A program made the translations under genes and the position numbers. From an uncultured Emticicia sp. (lineage in GTDB: Bacteria; Bacteroidota; Bacteroidia; Cytophagales; Spirosomataceae), in contig CALCZQ010000061.1 of the NCBI GenBank assembly GCA_937903345.1, positions 46,784 through 110,783 on the forward strand: a DNA stretch of 64,000 nt, given 5' to 3'. Below, piece by piece: positions 10,045 to 19,180 of this stretch (positions within the stretch are counted from its first letter, which is position 1; each line of letters opens with the position of its first letter). The notes under the pieces are model-generated. The model was not told the origin of the DNA and made no database searches. It saw nothing but the letters and a program-made list of their open reading frames with translations.

Positions 10045-10677
10045 TTAAGGTAATTCTTGAATATAAATATTTTTGAAGGCAACTTGGGCGGTTCCACCAC
10101 CATGAATTTGTAGACCGATGAACCCAGATTGCGGAATTGTTAAGTCAGATTCGGTATAATCAGTTGTTTGTTTTCCGTTGATGAATATACGAATTCGACG
10201 GTTTTCGGCTCGAATTTCATAGTCGTTCCAATCGTTTAATTTTATATATTTCTTTGTAATTTTTGCATCTTGCCCAGCAATCGTTTTGTTTCTTCGAGAT
10301 TCATCGTAGAGTGTTCCCCAATAATTTTCTCCAAAATCTGCCTGATAGCCAGTCATTTCGTGAGCGGGGTCTTTTAAACGTTTACTACGAAATTGAACGC
10401 CAGAATTGATAAATCCTTTATTTCCCGTAAGTTTTATTTTGAGTTTTAGTATAAAATTAGCGTAACTGCGAGTAGTACATATAAAATCATTGCGTGGCAC
10501 ATCTTTATCTAAAAAGCCACCGATTAAAGCAGCGTTTTCGATACGCCAAATATTAAGGGTGTCTCCCTCCCAGCCTTTAAAAGACTTGCCATCAAAAAGT
10601 CTAACACTTTTCTGTGTAAAATTGAATGCTGAAATTACACCAGCAAGAATTATGAAAGCATACGAAAATATTTTCAT
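10045..10677 (-). CDS. DUF1080 (3-keto-disaccharide hydrolase family) protein, secreted
   Basis: LFDGKSFKGW, NFILKLKIKL, INSGVQFRS, GYQAD, GTLYDESRR, WNDYEI, GFIGLQIH and FKNIYIQEL. Confidence 0.9.
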   Translation of the reverse strand: MKIFSYAFIILAGVISAFNFTQKSVRLFDGKSFKGWEGDTLNIWRIENAALIGGFLDKDVPRNDFICTTRSYANFILKLKIKLTGNKGFINSGVQFRSKRLKDPAHEMTGYQADFGENYWGTLYDESRRNKTIAGQDAKITKKYIKLNDWNDYEIRAENRRIRIFINGKQTTDYTESDLTIPQSGFIGLQIHGGGTAQVAFKNIYIQELP

Positions 10678-10952
10678 GCAGTTTTAGAGGAATAAGGTTA
10701 AATTATTACACTAAAATAATTGAAAAAATTTGCTAAATCGCTTACTATCAGTTTTTATTTGAAAATAAAACATTGAAATAACCTTTCAACTCTTTCCTTT
10801 AAAACTCTATTAATTAATTCAAAACCTTCTTTGGTATTAGTATTAAGCATTTTTTTGAAGAGTGGAATAAGAATTCCCACGGCTCGAAGTTTAAAGAGTC
10901 ATACCAAGCATTGAAGCTAAAAATGCAGTGGCACTTGATTGAAAAGGGAAAC

Positions 10953-10983
10953 AAAAAACGCCAATCGTTATGATTGGCGTCTT
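10953..10983 (-). terminator. Intrinsic terminator after the lipoprotein pair
   Basis: Stem ACGCCAATC-gttat-GATTGGCGT, with an A6 on the plus strand giving a minus-strand U tract. Confidence 0.8.
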
Positions 10984-11000
10984 AATCTATAAAAAAAATC

Positions 11001-11402
11001 TTAACGAATACCCGTATCTATCAAAATCTCAAGTTGAGTGGTTTTACTTTTTTCGATAATGAAGGGTCTCGGAAACCCTTGTTTATTAAAAAAGCTCTTT
11101 GGGCTAAAATCAATTTCAAATTCACCAATCGACATATTAGTGCTTTTTAGTACACCATGAGTGCCATTATAGCTCAAAGTTTTCTCTAAAACTACTTTTC
11201 CAGTTTTTGCTTCTTTTATCGTGAAGGTATAGGCTTCATAAACTTTTCTAATATCATCCGCATTTCTATTACATGGTTCAACCGAGCAAAGTGGCCCGAT
11301 AGTAACATTTAAATCTAGCGAACCAATGTCTGGAGTAATAGTCTGGGATGAACAAGAAATTAGTGTTAAGAACATTGTCGATAAAATCATGTAGTATTTC
11401 AT
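11001..11402 (-). CDS. Lipoprotein, GPLC...DTGIR family (paralog A)
   Basis: Lipobox LTLIS-C after ATG 11402; VTIGPLCSVEPC; ends IDTGIR. Confidence 0.75.
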   Translation of the reverse strand: MKYYMILSTMFLTLISCSSQTITPDIGSLDLNVTIGPLCSVEPCNRNADDIRKVYEAYTFTIKEAKTGKVVLEKTLSYNGTHGVLKSTNMSIGEFEIDFSPKSFFNKQGFPRPFIIEKSKTTQLEILIDTGIR

Positions 11403-11449
11403 ATTATTTTTCAATGTAAATAATTTTCTCTCACACAAAATTTTTTTAA

Positions 11450-11878
11450 TCAACGAATACCTGTATCAATAGTAAAAATGACACTTTGATTAGCATTTTT
11501 GGAAATACTTATTGTTTTTTGTAATTGCTCTTTTTGAGATACAGAAAGTAATCCTGTAACTTGAGAATCCACAACCAAACGATAGGCACCTTCAGTCACT
11601 TGAAATGAAAAACTTCCGGTTCTGTCAAGTTTTTTTTGTGTCACGATTATATCTTTATTTGTTTTCAATATGACCGAATATTTGCCATAAATTTCATCCA
11701 TAGCTTGATTAGATAGACCGCACGGATTTCCATCTTTAGAAAGTCCAGACTCTCCGACAGGTATATTCCCACAAAGAGGACCTATACTCACCTTTCCTTC
11801 GATTACGGAAGAAGGTACAAGATCAACCATACTACATCCCGTTAAGAGAATTAAAATTATAAAAACTATATTTTTCAT
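11450..11878 (-). CDS. Lipoprotein, GPLC...DTGIR family (paralog B)
   Basis: Lipobox LLTG-C; VSIGPLCGN...NPC; ends IDTGIR. Confidence 0.78.
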   Translation of the reverse strand: MKNIVFIILILLTGCSMVDLVPSSVIEGKVSIGPLCGNIPVGESGLSKDGNPCGLSNQAMDEIYGKYSVILKTNKDIIVTQKKLDRTGSFSFQVTEGAYRLVVDSQVTGLLSVSQKEQLQKTISISKNANQSVIFTIDTGIR

Positions 11879-11966
11879 CGCAACTATATTTAAATTTCAA
11901 TTAAAGCCAATTGTATCTTTACAACTATGATTCAATAATTTTGCCAAAGGTTGGAATATCTTTAAA

Positions 11967-14537
11967 TTAATTATTGCAACCTGAAATATAAGCATGAAAT
12001 ACAGCTCCAGCTTCTACTTTAAATCCACCAGTTCCATCGGTTGGATTTAGCGGTTTTAATTCTATTGATTTTGATGCCTTATAGGTCACATTTGCTGTAC
12101 CAGAAATTTGGTTGGTTGCTGAGATAGTTTCTGTTTTATTATAGGTTGTAGTTCCGGACGTTTTATTATCATAAGGAGCGACAAGCATCATTACGGTTTG
12201 ACATGGAATTGTTGTATTTAGTTGAGTTGTGAATAATCCGCGTCCGTGTGTAGCAACTAAAACTGTATTATCAGAAGTTCTAAACTTAAGCATATCGCAT
12301 CTAACATGAGCGAGATTTGCATTTGTAGGTGCCCATTCTGGATTATTAGCTGTAATATTACTGGTTGTCCATACGCCCAATTCAGTGGCAATTAATACTT
12401 GCTGACGATTAAGAGGATTAAATAAAGCATATCGCACAGGAATATTTGGCAAACCGTAGGTAGATTCATCTTTACTGGTCCAGGTACTACCACCGTTATT
12501 TGTATAATAAACCGATTTTACATTATAGTTTGACTTCGTAATCAATAGTTCATTTTCATTAGCACCTATTTCTATACATGAAATATTTCCAAATTCATCA
12601 GCAATTTGAGTTGGATTTAAAACGGTAGTAAGAGTAGGTATGTTTCCATCAACACCTGTAATACCTGTCAATTTATAGACAAAACCCGATGAAGTACCAA
12701 TAAATACAGTATTTGCGGCCAGACCAGCTTTAATAAAACTAACCGGTACATTACCTGTCATGCTAAAGTAATTATAACTATGGTCACTTATATTTGAAAT
12801 TACGTACCGTGCAATGTCAGTAGTGCCAGGAGGTGAATAATAACCTTCATAACTATACAATGTATTATTTGATGAATCATAATCAGAAGGGTTCACAAAT
12901 TGTCCATCATATTTGGGTATTAAATTTTTGATAATCGACCCGTTTTCATTTAACAAATAATAGTTATTATATTGGGTCGTAACAAATTGATAACCAGGAT
13001 TGTCTTGGTCTATAAAAGAAACCATTCCATCACCTCCTAAAACTTCTACCGAACTACCTACTGTATTATATGTTCCTAAAATCTTAACTGAATTATTATC
13101 CTGCAAACCACCAATCAAATAACCATCATATGCAATGTTTTTCATGGAAGCAGCATAAAATTGTGTTACATTCAAATCTTTATTTCTCGCTCCATAAGTT
13201 GGAGTTGTTATACTACTATTACCCCAGTCTGCTGAATAATAAATCCCACCATCATTTCCCATAACAACCTCATTAGGGCTATTAGGTCTGAATACAAAAG
13301 CATGATGGTCAGGGTGGACAGGATTTGAATATCCATAATCGTTGATCCAAGAAGTGCCACCATCAATTGTACGGGCATGACTCGCACCACCAGCAAAAAC
13401 TATATTTGGATTTGTCGTATGAACCGCCAGAATCATATCATACCAACCTTGAGTAGCAATGAAACTTGGGCTTCCGCCAAAAGGCACGGTTAGGTCTGCC
13501 CAGGTAACACCTGCATCAATTGATTTTCTGAAATAGGCTACAGGGCGATCTGTTGTTTCGGCATGAGCCACCGCATAAATCACCTGAGATGTACCACTCG
13601 TAGAGGGAGCTAAAGCAATTTCGGTTCGAGCTCCAGGTGAAGCTAAATATGGCGTTGGCGGAGTAATAGTAGCCCACGAACTACCATCGTTATTGATATT
13701 ATTAGTTTTATAAATTTGAGAAACAATTCTTGAAAAATAACCAAATGCAGCATATACAACATTATCTGTACCAATTTCTAAATCAGAGACAAAAGATGTA
13801 TTTGAGGCACCAGAAGGCAATCCTGCTGCTAAAGCCCAAGAGGCCCCCCCATTCGTAGAAATCCAGACACCAGCTTTTGTTCCAGCAAAAACTCTGCCTG
13901 ATGATGAAACAACTATTTTCTGAACTGTTTGAAAAGCGTAACTCTGTCCGCTCGAAACTGTATAACTAGGAATCGTTGTCGCTAAACGGTTCCAAGTTAA
14001 GCCACCATCAATAGTTTTCCAAATTCCACCGCCTTGCACAGCATCAGCATTTCCATAGCCTTCTCCAGTGCCAACATATATAATATTAGTATTACTTGGA
14101 TCATATGCAATACATGAAACAGCCATATTATCCCAAAAATCAAAAACCTTTTGCCATGAGGAAGCTACACTCGTAATGTCATTATTATACCATAATCCTC
14201 CGGCAACACCCCCTGCCCAAACTTTCTTTTTTGTAGCATCCTTTGGGTCAAACATTAATGCCCTTATCCTTCCACCAACATTATTCGGACCTCTTTCTTT
14301 CCAGTCAATTCCGGGTATTTGGGACATAGTTTTTATCATTCTCCCCATTAAACCTCTCGCTTTTTCTAATTCGTCAAATGGAACGCTTTTGGTCTGAGGG
14401 TCAGCAATCTTTAAAAATTCAGCATTTAATCGACCTTCTGGGTCGTCTTTAATGCTTATAGTTTTGGCAATTTTGGCTTGCCCAAATGACAATAGAGATA
14501 ACACCAACAATGTAAATAATAAAAATATTTTTTTCAT
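11967..14537 (-). CDS. Secreted BNR/Asp-box (VPS10/sialidase-like) beta-propeller protein with a Cytophagales GCx-terminal domain
   Basis: Signal peptide; WKERGPNNVGGRIRAL; Asp boxes (WKTIDGGLTW, STNGGASW, SIDAGVTW, TNNGGSTW); VATHGRGLF; tail SATNQI...YKASKSIEL...GFKVEAGAVFHAYISGCNN. Confidence 0.8.
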   Translation of the reverse strand: MKKIFLLFTLLVLSLLSFGQAKIAKTISIKDDPEGRLNAEFLKIADPQTKSVPFDELEKARGLMGRMIKTMSQIPGIDWKERGPNNVGGRIRALMFDPKDATKKKVWAGGVAGGLWYNNDITSVASSWQKVFDFWDNMAVSCIAYDPSNTNIIYVGTGEGYGNADAVQGGGIWKTIDGGLTWNRLATTIPSYTVSSGQSYAFQTVQKIVVSSSGRVFAGTKAGVWISTNGGASWALAAGLPSGASNTSFVSDLEIGTDNVVYAAFGYFSRIVSQIYKTNNINNDGSSWATITPPTPYLASPGARTEIALAPSTSGTSQVIYAVAHAETTDRPVAYFRKSIDAGVTWADLTVPFGGSPSFIATQGWYDMILAVHTTNPNIVFAGGASHARTIDGGTSWINDYGYSNPVHPDHHAFVFRPNSPNEVVMGNDGGIYYSADWGNSSITTPTYGARNKDLNVTQFYAASMKNIAYDGYLIGGLQDNNSVKILGTYNTVGSSVEVLGGDGMVSFIDQDNPGYQFVTTQYNNYYLLNENGSIIKNLIPKYDGQFVNPSDYDSSNNTLYSYEGYYSPPGTTDIARYVISNISDHSYNYFSMTGNVPVSFIKAGLAANTVFIGTSSGFVYKLTGITGVDGNIPTLTTVLNPTQIADEFGNISCIEIGANENELLITKSNYNVKSVYYTNNGGSTWTSKDESTYGLPNIPVRYALFNPLNRQQVLIATELGVWTTSNITANNPEWAPTNANLAHVRCDMLKFRTSDNTVLVATHGRGLFTTQLNTTIPCQTVMMLVAPYDNKTSGTTTYNKTETISATNQISGTANVTYKASKSIELKPLNPTDGTGGFKVEAGAVFHAYISGCNN

Positions 14538-14620
14538 ATGATGCGTTTTTGAAGAGAGATTAAAATCGAAACCAAAAATATATAATTAAACCACAACCAT
14601 TACTGAAATTTTAAAATTAA

Positions 14621-15010
14621 TTACTTGATGGTAATTATCTTACGTAAAGCACTTTTCATTCCTTTTTCAATAATTTTATAATTTTCTATTTCTTTTGCGA
14701 TATAAATAAAAGCGATGCTATAGTTTCCTATGAGCAGCTTTTTATGAAGACGATACGCTTCTTTCATTCGGCGGCGAATAAGATTACGATCAACAGCGTG
14801 CTTAAACTGACGCTTCGGCACTGAAAATAAAACTTGGGTAAGCTTTAGATTAGCAATGGCTGAATTAGTTTCTGAAGGAATTTGAGGCTGAAAAACCACA
14901 CGTATCGGGTACGAAAACACTCCTCCATTGCCAGAATTCTTTCTGTCAAAAAGGCCATCGATAACCTTAACACTACAAAGACGTTCGTCTTTTTTAAATA
15001 TTTGCCTCAT
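14621..15010 (-). CDS. rnpA: Ribonuclease P protein component
   Basis: FKKDERLC, FSVPKRQFKHAVDRNLIRRRMKEAYRLHK (RNR motif). Downstream of rpmH. Confidence 0.93.
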   Translation of the reverse strand: MRQIFKKDERLCSVKVIDGLFDRKNSGNGGVFSYPIRVVFQPQIPSETNSAIANLKLTQVLFSVPKRQFKHAVDRNLIRRRMKEAYRLHKKLLIGNYSIAFIYIAKEIENYKIIEKGMKSALRKIITIK

Positions 15011-15152
15011 GTAATGCGATCATAAATGTTCGCCAAAAATAAATTATATGAAGTAAAACCTAATTTCCCAATAAAAAAAGCCCCCTAATAGGCGGCTCAA
15101 ATATCTTTATTATCAAATAGTTTTGATAAAATTTCTATTTTAAGAGAAAATG

Positions 15153-15308
15153 TTATTTGTGTTTTTTCTCATCAGAAACAGATAATCTCTTTCTACCTCT
15201 AGCACGACGTGCAGAAATTATTCTTCTTCCGTTAGCTGTTTCCATACGCTCACGGAATCCGTGTTTGTTACGACGCTTTCTATTTGATGGTTGGAATGTC
15301 CTTTTCAT
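15153..15308 (-). CDS. rpmH: 50S ribosomal protein L34 (51 aa; missed by the ORF track)
   Basis: Hand translation: [51 protein letters not shown]. Confidence 0.98.
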   Translation of the reverse strand: MKRTFQPSNRKRRNKHGFRERMETANGRRIISARRARGRKRLSVSDEKKHK

Positions 15309-15353
15309 TATATTTTTGTTATTTTTGTCCTTTGAATGCTAAATTCTAGAGTG

Positions 15354-15361
15354 CAAAAGTA
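15354..15361 (-). promoter_or_regulatory. Bacteroidota -7 promoter box for rpmH
   Basis: TACTTTTG on the minus strand (TAnnTTTG consensus), about 45 nt before the rpmH ATG. Confidence 0.6.
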
Positions 15362-15404
15362 CTACTATTTTTTAAAACCACAAAATCCTAAAGAAAAAAA
15401 CTAT

Positions 15405-16853
15405 ATGAAATATAAAATATATTCCAAAAATAAAGCATCTCATTTCATTGACGTCGAATGTAGCATCGAAAACATCAAAAATGAAGAAATTGAACTTCAA
15501 TTACCTTCTTGGCGGCCCGGGCGTTATGAATTACAAAATTTTGCTAAAAATATTCAAAGTTTTGAAGTTTTCGACGAAAATAATCAAAAACTAAAAGCAT
15601 CAAAAATTACAAAAGACCGCTGGAAAGTACATACCTGTGGAGCGACCCACATTACGGCAAAATATAATTATTATGCCAATGTGATCAATGGGGGAAGCAG
15701 TTTTGTCGATGAAAATATTTTGTATGTAAACCCAGTAAACCTATGTATTTATGCAGAAGGTTATATAACTGAACCTTGCAAATTAGAATTATATAAAGCT
15801 GATAATCAAGAAATTGCGGGATTAAATGACCAACAAAAACTGGATGATGATCAAGTAAGCATGCTGTTTAATGATTTCTATCATTTGGCAGATTCACCTT
15901 TTATCGTCAGTTCGAATTTAAAACATGACTTTTACGAAGTCGGAAAAGTAAAATTTAATATTTGGTTTGAAGGAAACCTTTCAAGAGACTATTTACACCA
16001 AATAAAAACCGATTTTAAAAAATTTACGGAAGAACAAATCAAACTTTTTGGTGAATTTCCTGAAAAAGCCTATCACTTTATTACATGGATTTTACCAAAA
16101 CCCTATTATCATGGAGTTGAGCACCGAAGCTCTACGATGCAGGTTTTGGGGCCAGACGGTCAAGATTTTGAAGGTTCCACGACCGAAGAGCTTTATATTG
16201 ATTTGCTGGGTTTGGCTTCACACGAGCTTTTTCATACTTGGAATATTTGTAAACTTCGCCCTGTTGAGCTGCTCCCTTATGACTACACGAAGGAAAATTA
16301 TTTTTCGACCTGCTTCGTTGCCGAGGGTATAACGACTTATTATGGAGATTTGATGCTTTATCGTTCGGGGGTTTTCATTTTTAATCAATATTTTAAAGAA
16401 TTGGAATCCTATTACAAACGCCATTTTGACCACGCTAACAATGCCTCTCAATCACTTGTTGAATCTTCATGGGATTTATGGCTTGATGGCTATACCCAAA
16501 GCATTCCCGACCGCAAAGTTTCAGTGTACCATAAAGGGGCAATAGCCGCACAGATTTTGGATCTGCATCTTCAACGAGTTTCGGACAAAACTCGCTCTTT
16601 GGATAATGTAATGGCTTTGATGTGGCAGCGTTTCGGAAAATCTGAAAATGGCACGCCATTGAAAGGCTACACTTTGCAAGATTATAAAGATATTTGTGAG
16701 GAAGTGGCTGAGGAATCGCTTGATTGGTATTTTGAAAAATGTATTTTCGGTACAGAATCTCTTTTTAATTTACTCAACAGCTATCTTCAAGACATTGATT
16801 TGCAGATAGTTAGGAACGAAGAAGGACTGGTTAAATTAGAAATCCTTAGTTAA
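15405..16853 (+). CDS. M61-family glycyl aminopeptidase-like metallopeptidase (no C-terminal PDZ)
   Basis: LQLPSWRPGRY, GVEHRSS, LASHELFHTWN (HExxH), VAEGITTYY and SVYHKGA. ATG 15405 preferred. Confidence 0.88.
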   Translation: MKYKIYSKNKASHFIDVECSIENIKNEEIELQLPSWRPGRYELQNFAKNIQSFEVFDENNQKLKASKITKDRWKVHTCGATHITAKYNYYANVINGGSSFVDENILYVNPVNLCIYAEGYITEPCKLELYKADNQEIAGLNDQQKLDDDQVSMLFNDFYHLADSPFIVSSNLKHDFYEVGKVKFNIWFEGNLSRDYLHQIKTDFKKFTEEQIKLFGEFPEKAYHFITWILPKPYYHGVEHRSSTMQVLGPDGQDFEGSTTEELYIDLLGLASHELFHTWNICKLRPVELLPYDYTKENYFSTCFVAEGITTYYGDLMLYRSGVFIFNQYFKELESYYKRHFDHANNASQSLVESSWDLWLDGYTQSIPDRKVSVYHKGAIAAQILDLHLQRVSDKTRSLDNVMALMWQRFGKSENGTPLKGYTLQDYKDICEEVAEESLDWYFEKCIFGTESLFNLLNSYLQDIDLQIVRNEEGLVKLEILS

Positions 16854-16905
16854 ATATTACCTCAAACACTCTTAATTATACATTATTCATTATCAATTAA
16901 AATAA

Positions 16906-17313
16906 ATGTTTTCATTCGACTACGACTACCGAATCCGTTACGCCGACATTGACCAAATGGGCTATATGTATTATGGAAATTATGCAAAACTCTACGAAAT
17001 TGGTCGAGTAGAAGCTTTACGTTCATTGGGACTTCGTTACCGAGATTTAGAAGAAACAGGCATCATTATGCCAGTTTATGAAAATAAATCTCGTTTTATT
17101 TCACCTGCCAAATATGATGATTTAGTAACCATTCGAGTGATTATCAGGGCATTACCTAAGGTTAGAATTATATTTCACTACGAAATATATGATAAGCAAC
17201 AAACGCTTTTACACACTGGCGAAACCACATTGGTTTTTGTAAAAACATCAAACAATAGAATTACGACATGTCCAGAAGAAATTACTGATAGATTATTGCC
17301 TTTTTTTAAGTAA
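16906..17313 (+). CDS. Acyl-CoA thioesterase (YbgC/4HBT hotdog fold)
   Basis: RIRYADIDQMGYMYYGNYAKLYEIGRVE and PAKYDD. Confidence 0.9.
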   Translation: MFSFDYDYRIRYADIDQMGYMYYGNYAKLYEIGRVEALRSLGLRYRDLEETGIIMPVYENKSRFISPAKYDDLVTIRVIIRALPKVRIIFHYEIYDKQQTLLHTGETTLVFVKTSNNRITTCPEEITDRLLPFFK

Positions 17314-17333
17314 AGCAATTTTTCAAATTGCTC

Positions 17334-17375
17334 AAAAAAAATGAGCCACCTCAAGAAAGAAGTGGCTCATTATTT
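17334..17375. terminator. Terminator between the convergent thioesterase and amidase genes
   Basis: Stem AATGAGCCAC / GTGGCTCATT, with an A-run on the left giving a long U tract on the minus strand. Confidence 0.8.
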
Positions 17376-17403
17376 ACAAAAGGGAACAATTTAAAAAATT
17401 GTT

Positions 17404-19053
17404 CTACAACTTCGGATGTTTTTTATGAAAATCAGTCGCATCTTGGTAAGCTTTTGCCACTTGTAAAAGCTTTGCTTCACCAAATAATTTACCCATAAAA
17501 GTAATACTCAAAGGTCGGCCTTCCGAGCGAAAACCATTAGGCAAAACCACGCAAGGATGGCCTGTGAGATTGGTCATTGTCAAATTTTTACTAAATGATG
17601 GCGTGATATACACATCAAATCCTTTTAGCGTTTTATCTAATTCTTGAATCAATAAAGTACGATGGCGATTGGCTTGTAAATATTCAACTGCAGGCACAAA
17701 TCGAGCTGACCGAAAGGCATTTGGCCAAGCATTCTTGCTTTGTCTGACCATCAAATCATCTTTGCCTGAGCGAGTCAAATCATCAAAAGCAGCGGCAGCT
17801 TCTACACCCAACAAAAAACTAATTTCATTCGATGGTAAAGTTGGTAATTCAATCGGAATAAGCTCTGCACCGAGTTTTTTGAGGGTGACCAAAGTAAGCG
17901 AATCGGTCGTTTTATTGGGAGATTTTCTTTCAAAATCGCTTTTTACATAAGCAATTTTCATGCCTTTTATCCCTTGTGTTCCATCATAATTAAAAGGGGC
18001 CTTCATACAAGTAAAGTCTTGATTATCAACTCCTTGAATCGTATTCAGAACAATAGCACAATCTTCAACTGTGCGGCAAATCGGCCCTAATTTGTCCATA
18101 CTCCAACTCAAAGCCATTGCACCTGTACGAGGTACTCGCCCAAAGGTTGGACGCAAACCCGTAGTTCCGCATTCGGTTGAAGGTGATACAATCGAACCGA
18201 GTGTTTCACTTCCTATAGCAAAAGGTAAAAGACCAGCCGAAACTGAAGAAGCCGAACCCGCCGATGAGCCGCTCGAACCACGTTTCAAGTCCCACGGATT
18301 TAAAGTTTTTCCGCCAAACCAAACATCGCCCATTGCGAGTTCACCGAGGGTCAACTTGGCACAAAGCACTGCACCTGCTTGCTCCAAACGCTGAATAACG
18401 GTAGCATCGTTATCAATCATTTGATTTTTATAAGGCACCGAACCCCAGGTTGTTTTATAACCTTTTACAGCCAGTAAATCTTTTGCCCCATAGGGAATAC
18501 CATGCAGAAAACCACGATATTTGCCTGCCTTAATCTCAAAATCGGCTTGGGTGGCTTGTTTTAAAGCCAAATCTTCGGTAATCTTAACCACACAATGCAG
18601 TTGACTATCGTATTTTTTTAGTCTTTCTAGAAAAAACTTTGTCAATTCAGTAGAAGTAATCTGCTTGGTTTTGAGTAATTCACCCAATTCTCGTACCGAA
18701 TAAAAAGCCAAATCCTCACGATTTGCGGGTAATTTTACAGCCGAAATTTGTGAAGCCTTGAAAGGAAAGAAGTTTTTTTCAAACTCAAAACCCAATGGAA
18801 GAGGATTGAAATACAAAGCCGGCGAAACGCTATTATCAAGTGGCACTTTTCGCATGGCTTCAAAATCCTTTTGATTATCTCGCAAATCATTGAGCATCGA
18901 ATCAGCTTCGGCATCGGTAAAGTCAAGTCCTAAGATTTTCTCAGCTTGATTGATTACTTCAACTGTCAAAGGTGGATTTTCTACAACTTTAGTGATGAAT
19001 GCACCCAAACCAAGCGAAAATAAACAGGCGACGGGTAAAATTAGTTTTTTCAT
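17404..19053 (-). CDS. Amidase-signature family amidase, exported
   Basis: GIPYGAKDL (catalytic Lys), GSSGSSAGSAS and IGSETLGSIVSPS (Ser-cisSer-Lys triad). N-terminal hydrophobic leader. Confidence 0.9.
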   Translation of the reverse strand: MKKLILPVACLFSLGLGAFITKVVENPPLTVEVINQAEKILGLDFTDAEADSMLNDLRDNQKDFEAMRKVPLDNSVSPALYFNPLPLGFEFEKNFFPFKASQISAVKLPANREDLAFYSVRELGELLKTKQITSTELTKFFLERLKKYDSQLHCVVKITEDLALKQATQADFEIKAGKYRGFLHGIPYGAKDLLAVKGYKTTWGSVPYKNQMIDNDATVIQRLEQAGAVLCAKLTLGELAMGDVWFGGKTLNPWDLKRGSSGSSAGSASSVSAGLLPFAIGSETLGSIVSPSTECGTTGLRPTFGRVPRTGAMALSWSMDKLGPICRTVEDCAIVLNTIQGVDNQDFTCMKAPFNYDGTQGIKGMKIAYVKSDFERKSPNKTTDSLTLVTLKKLGAELIPIELPTLPSNEISFLLGVEAAAAFDDLTRSGKDDLMVRQSKNAWPNAFRSARFVPAVEYLQANRHRTLLIQELDKTLKGFDVYITPSFSKNLTMTNLTGHPCVVLPNGFRSEGRPLSITFMGKLFGEAKLLQVAKAYQDATDFHKKHPKL

Positions 19054-19142
19054 TATGCTGATGATTATTTTTTTACAATTTAGATAAAAGCAGAGTTTAT
19101 GAAAAGAGTTTTTAGTTTTTATTATTAGAACTAATTTCTGAG

Positions 19143-19150
19143 TATATTTG
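19143..19150 (+). promoter_or_regulatory. Bacteroidota -7 promoter box
   Basis: TATATTTG about 30 nt before ATG 19181. It overlaps the TTG start chosen by the ORF track, which argues against that start. Confidence 0.5.
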
Positions 19151-19180
19151 ATTTTTAGTTTATCAACAAAATTTCAATCA

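Noticed and set aside
10760-10945. Possible gene remnant on the minus strand (…SATAFLASMLGMTL/FKLRAVGILIPLFKKML…)
   Set aside because: Needs a frameshift, has no start and no recognisable family. Cannot be supported without a search.
15157-15342. 61-aa plus-strand ORF in the ORF track
   Set aside because: It is the antisense of rpmH, which is the real gene here.
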